Assembly: GCA_964035545.1 (NCBI GenBank)
Contig: CAXIUT010000103.1
Coordinates: 248,001-312,000, forward strand
DNA length: 64,000 nt
Source: Bugula neritina
Lineage: Eukaryota; Animalia; Bryozoa
Direction of reading: 5' to 3'
The position numbers and the translations under genes were made by a program. The notes below the pieces were generated by a model. The model was not told the origin of the DNA. It saw nothing but the letters and a program-made list of their open reading frames with translations, and searched no databases. Below are positions 53,241 to 64,000 of the stretch, piece by piece (position 1 is the first letter of the stretch; each line of letters begins with the position of its first letter).

Positions 53241-56200
53241 ACTATGAAACATAACCCTTCAATTTCATTGCACCAGCACCAGTTGCAAGATAGGTGTGTT
53301 GGGAGTTATCTTTCCCAAAATTTTGTTCTTGGTGTTTATACGAAGCAGACACAGGCTAATATTAGTTTTGTTATTTGCAAGAGTTTTTCTGTCTGATTGT
53401 CCATCAGCAAAAGTTTGCGCCTTGCAGTTATTATGGAAATACCAGTGATGCTCGAAGACCTTTGCATTGTACATCCGCTTTTACTATTGAATTTAGATGT
53501 TTTATTTTCCCATCCCCTCTCCTGCCCCCCTGTCCCCTCTAACAACCAGCAATCCTGACTTATGTGAATTTTGTTATTGTTCTAGAGTTGGCCCATGGGT
53601 CTACAGTATACGATTTGAAGCTTTATAGTTTACAGGCAGTGGAGATGAGTCACTGCTGAAAGCCATTTTATTAGTAGACTATATTGCTCTTCAATCATCA
53701 GTTTTCATATTAAAAGAGAAAGCTCATCTGCAGCGCCATTTCACAGTGTTATATTTTGCTAGAGCAATAACTAATTTTAGATGCCTTTGCAAACATATGA
53801 GAAATAACTGAGTCATTCTATGAAAAGAGGTGTTTGCAGCACTTGTCGACTTTTGATTTACACGCGGCATGGAAACTTTTGTAGTTTTAAATAATATCTC
53901 CAAACTCATCACTTGCATGTGTTTAGATACTTGATGAAAATTTTTATGCATAACTTGATGCCTGCTTCAAAGACACCAGTGCTTAGTTACTGTGTTAAAT
54001 GTATTGGCACGTTGCCATGAGATATTTGGTAATATTTCGCATCACAACAAACTCTTCAGAAAGTTAAGAAAATCAGTCTAGAAAGTTAATGAAATAAACC
54101 TACCAGAGAGAGTAAGCCAGATGTAACAAGTAGATCCAAAACAAGTTGATTAACAATTGAAGTTGAAATCTCCATGTAGTCAACACTTTAGTCCTAATGT
54201 CAAATGCAAACGTCTGCAACCAAACTGTGTAGACTTCATGAGCTGGTTAGCTGACAGGACTCATTAAAGTTCTTGACTCTTGTGTGTATAGTGATGCCCA
54301 TCTTGAACCAGAGAAGGCTGACTGAAGACTGCTACTTTGTGAAAATTGATAATGCATATTATTATTATTCATTGTTGAGATTCACGACTGCCATACACAA
54401 TGATAAAATATTCATTGTTGGTACTACTGAGTAGAATAAAATATAATATAATATTATTTTCTGGACAGATAAATAATATCAAATGCATATTATAACTTAC
54501 CATAAATCTACAGTGCTTCACATCTTCACCTTTTTCTGCAATGTTATTTCTTTGCAGTTAGAAGTACTAGCTGAATATATGACTATGAAACATAACCCTT
54601 CAATTTCATTGCACCAGCACCAGTTGCAAGATAGGTGTGTTGGGAGTTATCTTTCCCAAAATTTTGTTCTTGGTGTTTATACGAAGCAGACACAGGCTAA
54701 TATTAGTTTTGTTATTTGCAAGAGTTTTTCTGTCTGATTGTCCATCAGCAAAAGTTTGCGCCTTGCAGTTATTATGGAAATACCAGTGATGCTCGAAGAC
54801 CTTTGCATTGTACATCCGCTTTTACTATTGAATTTAGATGTTTTATTTTCCCATCCCCTCTCCTGCCCCCCTGTCCCCTCTAACAACCAGCAATCCTGAC
54901 TTATGTGAATTTTGTTATTGTTCTAGAGTTGGCCCATGGGTCTACAGTATACGATTTGAAGCTTTATAGTTTACAGGCAGTGGAGATGAGTCACTGCTGA
55001 AACCCATTTTATTAGTAGACTATATTGCTCTTCAATCATCAGTTTTCATATTAAAAGAGAAAGCTCATCTGCAGCGCCATTTCACAGTGTTATATTTTGC
55101 TAGAGCAATAACTAATTTTAGATGCCTTTGCAAACATATGAGAAATAACTGAGTCATTCTATGAAAAGAGGTGTTTGCAGCAATTGTCCACTTTTGATTT
55201 ACAAGCGGCATGGAAACTTTTGTAGTTTTAAATAATATCTCCAAACTCATCACTTGCATGTGTTTAGATACTTGATAAATTTTTTTATGCAAAACTTGAT
55301 GCCTGCTTCAAAGACACCAGTGCTTAATTACTGTGTTAAATGTATTGGCACGTTGCCATGAGATATTTGGTAATATATTTCGCATCACAACAAACTCTTC
55401 AGAAAGTTAAGAAAATCAGTATAGAAAGTTAATGAAATAAACCTACCAGAGAGAGTAAGCCAGATGTAACAAGTAGATCCAAAACAAGTTGATTAACAAT
55501 TGAAGTTGAAATCTCCATGTAGTCAACACTTTAGTCCTAATGTCAAATGCAAACGTCTGCAACCAAACTGTGTAGACTTCATGAGCTGGTTAGCTGACAG
55601 GACTCATTAAAGTTCTTAACTCTTGTGTGAATAGTGATGCCCATCTTGAACTAGAGAGGGCTGACTGAAGACTGCTACTTTGTGAAAATTGACAATGCAT
55701 ATTATTATTATTCATTGTTGAGATTCACGACTGCCATAAACAATGATAAAATATTCATTGTTGGTACTAGTGAGTAGAATAAAATATAATATAATATGTT
55801 CTTGACAGATAAATAATATCATATAGAGAATCTAACTTGCCATAACTCTACAGTGCTTCACCTCTTCAACTTTTCCGGCAATGTTATTTTTTTCTAGTTA
55901 GAAGTACTAGCTGAATATAGGACTATGAAACATAGCCCTTCAATTTCATTGCACCAGCACCGGTTGCAAGATAGGTGTGGTGGGAGTTATCTTTCCTAAA
56001 AGTTTGTTCTTGGCGTTTATACGAAGCAGACACAGGCTAATATTAGTTTACTTATTTGAAAGAGTTTTTCTGTCATATTGTCCATCAGCAGGAGCTTGCG
56101 CCTTGCAGTTATTATGGAAATATCAGTGATGCTGGAAGACCTTTGCATTGTACACCCGCCTTTACTATTAAATTTAGATGTTTTATTTTCCCATCCCCTC

Positions 56201-59200
56201 TCCTGCCCCCCTGTCCCCTCTAACAACCAGCAATCCTGACTTATGTGAATTTTGTTATTGTTCTAGAGTTGGCCCATGGGTGTACAGTATACGATTTGAA
56301 GCTTTATAGTTTACAGGCAGTGGAGATGAGTCACTGCTGAAACCCATTTTGTTAGTAGACTATATTGCTCTTCAATCATCAGTTTTCATATTAAAAGAGA
56401 AAGCTCATCTGCAGCGCCATTTCACAGTGTTATATTTTGCTAGAGCAATAACTAATTTTAGATGCCTTTGCAAACATATGAGAAATAACTGAGTCATTCT
56501 ATGAAAAGAGGTGTTTGCAGCACTTGTCCACTTTTGATTTACACGCGGCATGGAAACTTTTGTAGTTTTAAATAATATCTCCAAACTCATCACTTGCATG
56601 TGTTTAGATACTTGATGAAAATTTTTATGCATAACTTGATGCCTGCTTCAAAGACACCAGTGCTTAGTTACTGTGTTAAATGTATTGGCACGTTGCCATG
56701 AGATATTTGGTAATATTTCGCATCACAACAAACTCTTCAGAAAGTTAAGAAAATCAGTCTAGAAAGTTAATGAAATAAACCTACCAGAGAGAGTAAGCCA
56801 GATGTAACAAGTAGATCGAAAACAAGTTGATTAACAATTGAAGTTGAAATCTCCATGTAGTCAACACTTTAGTCCTAATGTCAAATGCAAACGTCTGCAA
56901 CCAAACTGTGTAGACTTCATGAGCTGGTTAGCTGACAGGACTCATTAAAGTTCTTGACTCTTGTGTGTATAGTGATGCCCATCTTGAACCAGAGAAGGCT
57001 GACTGAAGACTGCTACTTTGTGAAAATTGACAATGCATATTATTATTATTCATTGTTGAGATTCACGACTGCCATACACAATGATAAAATATTCATTGTT
57101 GGTACTACTGAGTAGAATAAAATATAATATAATATTATTTTCTGGACAGATAAATAATATCAAATGCATATTATAACTTACCATAAATCTACAGTGCTTC
57201 ACATCTTCACCTTTTTCTGCAATGTTATTTCTTTGCAGTTAGAAGTACTAGCTGAATATATGACTATGAAACATAACCCTTCAATTTCATTGCACCAGCA
57301 CCAGTTGCAAGATAGGTGTGTTGGGAGTTATCTTTCCCAAAATTTTGTTCTTGGTGTTTATACGAAGCAGACACAGGCTAATATTAGTTTTGTTATTTGC
57401 AAGAGTTTTTCTGTCTGATTGTCCATCAGCAAAAGTTTGCGTCTTGCAGTTATTATGGAAATACCAGTGATGCTCGAAGACCTTTGCATTGTACATCCGC
57501 TTTTACTATTGAATTTAGATGTTTTATTTTCCCATCCCCTCTCCTGCCCCCCTGTCCCCTCTAACAACCAGCAATCCTGACTTATGTGAATTTTGTTATT
57601 GTTCTAGAGTTGGCCCATGGGTCTACAGTATACGATTTGAAGCTTTATAGTTTACAGGCAGTGGAGATGAGTCACTGCTGAAAGCCATTTTATTAGTAGA
57701 CTATATTGCTCTTCAATCATCAGTTTTCATATTAAAAGAGAAAGCTCATCTGCAGCGCCATTTCACAGTGTTATATTTTGCTAGCGCAATAACTAATTTT
57801 AGATGCCTTTGCAAACATATGAGAAATAACTGAGTCATTCTATGAAAAGAGGTGTTTGCAGCACTTGTCCACTTTTGATTTACACGCGGCATGGAAACTT
57901 TTGTAGTTTTAAATAATATCTCCAAACTCATCACTTGCATGTGTTTAGATACTTGATGAAAATTTTTATGCATAACTTGATGCCTGCTTCAAAGACACCA
58001 GTGCTTAGTTACTGTGTTAAATGTATTGGCACGTTGCCATGAGATATTTGGTAATATTTCGCATCACAACAAACTCTTCAGAAAGTTAAGAAAATTAGTC
58101 TAGAAAGTTAATGAAATAAACCTATCAGAGAGAGTAAGCCAGATGTAACAAGTAGATCCAAAACAAGTTGATTAACAATTGAAGTTGAAATCTCCATGTA
58201 GTCAACACTTTAGTCCTAATGTCAAATGCAAACGTCTGCAACCAAACTGTGTAGACTTCATGAGCTGGTTAGCTGACAGGACTCATTAAAGTTCTTGACT
58301 CTTGTGTGTATAGTGATGCCCATCTTGAACCAGAGAAGGCTGACTGAAGACTGCTACTTTGTGAAAATTGATAATGCATATTATTATTATTCATTGTTGA
58401 GATTCACGACTGCCATACACAATGATAAAATATTCATTGTTGGTACTACTGAGTAGAATAAAATATAATATAATATTATTTTCTGGACAGATAAATAATA
58501 TCAAATGCATATTATAACTTACCATAAATCTACAGTGCTTCACATCTTCACCTTTTTCTGCAATGTTATTTCTTTGCAGTTAGAAGTACTAGCTGAATAT
58601 AGGACTATGAAACATAGCCCTTCAATTTCATTGCACCAGCACCGGTTGCAAGATAGGTGTGGTGGGAGTTATCTTTCCTAAAAGTTTGTTCTTGGCGTTT
58701 ATACGAAGCAGACACAGGCTAATATTAGTTTACTTATTTGAAAGAGTTTTTCTGTCATATTGTCCATCAGCAGGAGCTTGCGCCTTGCAGTTATTATGGA
58801 AATATCAGTGATGCTGGAAGACCTTTGCATTGTACACCCGCCTTTACTATTAAATTTAGATGTTTTATTTTCCCATCCCCTCTCCTGCCCCCCTGTCCCC
58901 TCTAACAACCAGCAATCCTGACTTATGTGAATTTTGTTATTGTTCTAGAGTTGGCCCATGGGTGTACAGTATACGATTTGAAGCTTTATAGTTTACAGGC
59001 AGTGGAGATGAGTCACTGCTGAAACCCATTTTGTTAGTAGACTATATTGCTCTTCAATCATCAGTTTTCATATTAAAAGAGAAAGCTCATCTGCAGCGCC
59101 ATTTCACAGTGTTATATTTTGCTAGAGCAATAACTAATTTTAGATGCCTTTGCAAACATATGAGAAATAACTGAGTCATTCTATGAAAAGAGGTGTTTGC

Positions 59201-62200
59201 AGCACTTGTCCACTTTTGATTTACACGCGGCATGGAAACTTTTGTAGTTTTAAATAATATCTCCAAACTCATCACTTGCATGTGTTTAGATACTTGATGA
59301 AAATTTTTATGCATAACTTGATGCCTGCTTCAAAGACACCAGTGCTTAGTTACTGTGTTAAATGTATTGGCACGTTGCCATGAGATATTTGGTAATATTT
59401 CGCATCACAACAAACTCTTCAGAAAGTTAAGAAAATCAGTCTAGAAAGTTAATGAAATAAACCTACCAGAGAGAGTAAGCCAGATGTAACAAGTAGATCG
59501 AAAACAAGTTGATTAACAATTGAAGTTGAAATCTCCATGTAGTCAACACTTTAGTCCTAATGTCAAATGCAAACGTCTGCAACCAAACTGTGTAGACTTC
59601 ATGAGCTGGTTAGCTGACAGGACTCATTAAAGTTCTTGACTCTTGTGTGTATAGTGATGCCCATCTTGAACCAGAGAAGGCTGACTGAAGACTGCTACTT
59701 TGTGAAAATTGACAATGCATATTATTATTATTCATTGTTGAGATTCACGACTGCCATACACAATGATAAAATATTCATTGTTGGTACTACTGAGTAGAAT
59801 AAAATATAATATAATATTATTTTCTGGACAGATAAATAATATCAAATGCATATTATAACTTACCATAAATCTACAGTGCTTCACATCTTCACCTTTTTCT
59901 GCAATGTTATTTCTTTGCAGTTAGAAGTACTAGCTGAATATACGACTATGAAACATAGCCCTTCAATTTCATTGCACCAGCACCGGTTGCAAGATAGGTG
60001 TGGTGGGAGTTATCTTTCCTAAAAGTTTGTTCTTGGCGTTTATACGAAGCAGACACAGGCTAATATTAGTTTACTTATTTGAAAGAGTTTTTCTGTCATA
60101 TTGTCCATCAGCAGGAGCTTGCGCCTTGCAGTTATTATGGAAATATCAGTGATGCTGGAAGACCTTTGCATTGTACACCCGCCTTTACTATTAAATTTAG
60201 ATGTTTTATTTTCCCCTCCCCTCTCCTGCCCCCCTGTCCCTTCTAACAACCAGTAATCCTGACTCATGTGAAATGTGTTATTGTTTTAGAGTTGGACCAT
60301 GGGCCTACAGTATACGATTTGAAGCTTTATAGTTTACAGGCAGTGGAGATGAGTCACTGCTGAAACCCAATTTATTAGTAGACTATATTGCTCTTCAATC
60401 ATCAGTTTTCATATTAAAAGAGAAAACTCATCTGCAGCGCCATTTCACAGTGTTATATTTTGCTAGCGCAATAACTAATTTTAGATGCCTTTGCAAACAT
60501 ATGAGAAATAAATGAGTCATTCTATGAAAAGAGGTGTTTGCAGCACTTGTCCACTTTTGATTTACACGCAGCATGGAAACTTTTGTAGTTTTAAATAATA
60601 TCTCCAAACTCATCACTTGCATGTGTTTAGATACTTGATAAATTTTTTTATGCAAAACTTGATGCCTGCTTCAAAGACACCAGTGCTTAATTACTGTGTT
60701 AACTGTATTGGCACGTTGCCATGAGATATTTGGTAATATTTCGCATCACAACAAACTCTTCAGAAAGTTAAGAAAATCAGTCTAGAAAGTTAATGAAATA
60801 AACCTACCAGAAAGAGTAAGCCAGATGTAACAAGTAGATCCAAAACAAGTTGATTAACAATTGAAGTTGAAATCTCCATGTAGTCAACACTTTAGTCCTA
60901 ATGTCAAATGCAAACGTCTGCAACCAAACTGTGTAGACTTCATGAGCTGGTTAGCTGACAGGACTCATTAAAGTTCTTGACTCTTGTGTGTATAGTGATG
61001 CCCATCTTGAACCAGAGAGGGCTGACTGAAGACTGCTACTTTGTGAAAATTGACAATGCATATTATTATTATTCATTGTTGAGATTCACGACTGCCATAC
61101 ACAATGATAAAATATTCATTGTTGGTACTACTGAGTAGAATAAAATATAATATAATATTATTTTCTGGACAGATAAATAATATCAAATGCATATTATAAC
61201 TTACCATAAATCTACAGTGCTTCACATCTTCACCTTTTTCTGCAATGTTATTTCTTTGCAGTTAGAAGTACTAGCTGAATATATGACTATGAAACATAAC
61301 CCTTCAATTTCATTGCACCAGCACCAGTTGCAAGATAGGTGTGTTGGGAGTTATCTTTCCCAAAATTTTGTTCTTGGTGTTTATACGAAGCAGACACAGG
61401 CTAATATTAGTTTTGTTATTTGCAAGAGTTTTTCTGTCTGATTGTCCGTCAGCAAAAGTTTGCGCCTTGCAGTTATTATGGAAATATCAGTGATGCTGGA
61501 AGACCTTTGCATTGTACATCCGCCTTTACTATTGAATTTAGATGTTTTATTTTCCCATCCCCTCTCCTGCCCCCCTGTCCCCTCTAACAACCAGCAATCC
61601 TGACTTATGTGAATTTTGTTATTGTTCTAGAGTTGGCCCATGGGTGTACAGTATACGATTTGAAGCTTTATAGTTTACAGGCAGTGCAGATGAGTCACTG
61701 CTGAAACCCATTTTATTAGTAGACTATATTGCTCTTCAATCATCAGTTTTCATATTAAAAGAGAAAGCTCATCTGCAGCGCCATTTCACAGTGTTATATT
61801 TTGCTAGAGCAATAACTAATTTTAGATGCCTTTGCAAACATATGAGAAATAACTGAGTCATTCTATGAAAAGAGGTGTTTGCAGCACTTGTCCACTTTTG
61901 ATTTACACGCGGCATGGAAACTTTTGTAGTTTTAAATAATATCTCCAAACTCATCACTTGCATGTGTTTAGATACTTGATGAAAATTTTTATGCATAACT
62001 TGATGCCTGCTTCAAAGACACCAGTGCTTAGTTACTGTGTTAAATGTATTGGCACGTTGCCATGAGATATTTGGTAATATTTCGCATCACAACAAACTCT
62101 TCAGAAAGTTAAGAAAATCAGTCTAGAAAGTTAATGAAATAAACCTACCAGAGAGAGTAAGCCAGATGTAACAAGTAGATCCAAAACAAGTTGATTAACA

Positions 62201-64000
62201 ATTGAAGTTGAAATCTCCATGTAGTCAACACTTTAGTCCTAATGTCAAATGCAAACGTCTGCAACCAAACTGTGTAGACTTCATGAGCTGGTTAGCTGAC
62301 AGGACTCATTAAAGTTCTTGACTCTTGTGTGTATAGTGATGCCCATCTTGAACCAGAGAAGGCTGACTGAAGACTGCTACTTTGTGAAAATTGACAATGC
62401 ATATTATTATTATTCATTGTTGAGATTCACGACTGCCATACACAATGATAAAATATTCATTGTTGGTACTACTGAGTAGAATAAAATATAATATAATATT
62501 ATTTTCTGGACAGATAAATAATATCAAATGCATATTATAACTTACCATAAATCTACAGTGCTTCACATCTTCACCTTTTTCTGCAATGTTATTTCTTTGC
62601 AGTTAGAAGTACTAGCTGAATATATGACTATGAAACATAACCCTTCAATTCCATCGCACCAGCACCAGTTGCAAGATAGGTGTGTTGGGAGTTATCTTTC
62701 CCATAATTTTGTTCTTGGTGTTTATACGAAGCAGACACAGGCTAATATTAGTTTTGTTATTTGCAAGAGTTTTTCTGTCTGATTGTCCATCAGCAAAAGT
62801 TTGCGCCTTGCAGTTATTATGGAAATACCAGTGATGCTCGAAGACCTTTGCATTGTACATCCGCTTTTACTATTGAATTTAGATGTTTTATTTTCCCATC
62901 CCCTCTCCTGCCCCCCTGTCCCCTCTAACAACCAGCAATCCTGACTTATGTGAATTTTGTTATTGTTCTAGAGTTGGCCCATGGGTCTACAGTATACGAT
63001 TTGAAGCTTTATAGTTTACAGGCAGTGGAGATGAGTCACTGCTGAAACCCAATTTATTAGTAGACTATATTGCTCTTCAATCATCAGTTTTCATATTAAA
63101 AGAGAAAACTCATCTGCAGCGCCATTTCACAGTGTTATATTTTGCTAGAGCAATAACTAATTTTAGATGCCTTTGCAAACATATGAGAAATAAATGAGTC
63201 ATTCTATGAAAAGAGGTGTTTGCAGCACTTGTCCACTTTTGATTTACACGCAGCATGGAAACTTTTGTAGTTTTAAATAATATCTCCAAACTCATCACTT
63301 GCATGTGTTTAGATACTTGATAAATTTTTTTATGCAAAACTTGATGCCTGCTTCAAAGACACCAGTGCTTAATTACTGTGTTAACTGTATTGGCACGTTG
63401 CCATGAGATATTTGGTAATATTTCGCATCACAACAAACTCTTCAGAAAGTTAAGAAAATCAGTCTAGAAAGTTAATGAAATAAACCTACCAGAAAGAGTA
63501 AGCCAGATGTAACAAGTAGATCCAAAACAAGTTGATTAACAATTGAAGTTGAAATCTCCATGTAGTCAACACTTTAGTCCTAATGTCAAATGCAAACGTC
63601 TGCAACCAAACTGTGTAGACTTCATGAGCTGGTTAGCTGACAGGACTCATTAAAGTTCTTGACTCTTGTGTGTATAGTGATGCCCATCTTGAACTAGAGA
63701 GGGCTGACTGAAGACTGCTACTTTGTGAAAATTGACAATGCATATTATTATTATTCATTGTTGAGATTCACGACTGCCATAAACAATGATAAAATATTCA
63801 TTGTTGGTACTAGTGAGTAGAATAAAATATAATATAATATTTTCTTGACAGATAAATAATATCATATAGAGAATCTAACTTGCCATAACTCTACAGTGCT
63901 TCACCTCTTCAACTTTTCCGGCAATGTTATTTTTTTCTAGTTAGAAGTACTAGCTGAATATAGGACTATGAAACATAGCCCTTCAATTTCATTGCACCAG

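Larger units (their letters stand above)
1..64000. repeat. Macrosatellite / large tandem repeat, monomer about 1340-1349 bp, about 47.7 head-to-tail copies
   Basis: CACAGTGTTATATTTTGCTAG at 1 recurs at 1343, 2692 and onward. The marker ORF 'MHIITY' recurs at 742, 2084, 3433, 4775 ... 61187, 62528 with spacings of 1341-1349 bp. Most copies differ by only a few percent or less. No unique sequence or inversion was seen. Confidence 0.99.

Noticed and set aside
1-64000. CRISPR array, tRNA, 5S rRNA or snRNA repeat
   Set aside because: No short repeat-spacer structure, cloverleaf, 5S internal promoter or recognisable U-snRNA sequence was found on either strand.

Overview
The whole 64 kb window is one uninterrupted head-to-tail tandem array (macrosatellite) of an AT-rich monomer of about 1.34 kb, with about 47.7 copies, all in the same orientation and running off both ends. 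No recognisable intact protein-coding gene, rRNA, tRNA, snRNA or CRISPR array is present. The ORF track is the same 4-5 short ORFs repeated once per monomer. CpG depletion (13 CpG counted in monomer 1) points to a methylated eukaryotic, probably animal, genome. The array has internal structure: a homogeneous A/B dimer higher-order repeat (2687 bp) on the left, a 4/5-mer duplication in the middle, a more diverse mosaic right third with patches from a diverged subfamily, and a long-range copy of about 4 kb. Each monomer carries a cluster of three AP-1 sites, a minus-strand G-quadruplex motif at the length-variable poly-C tract and two consensus minus-strand splice donors. It also has a minus-strand reading frame whose variation between copies leans synonymous and which loosely resembles a decayed pogo/Tigger (DDE_1) transposase core. 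These functional readings are hypotheses from inspection, not established calls.
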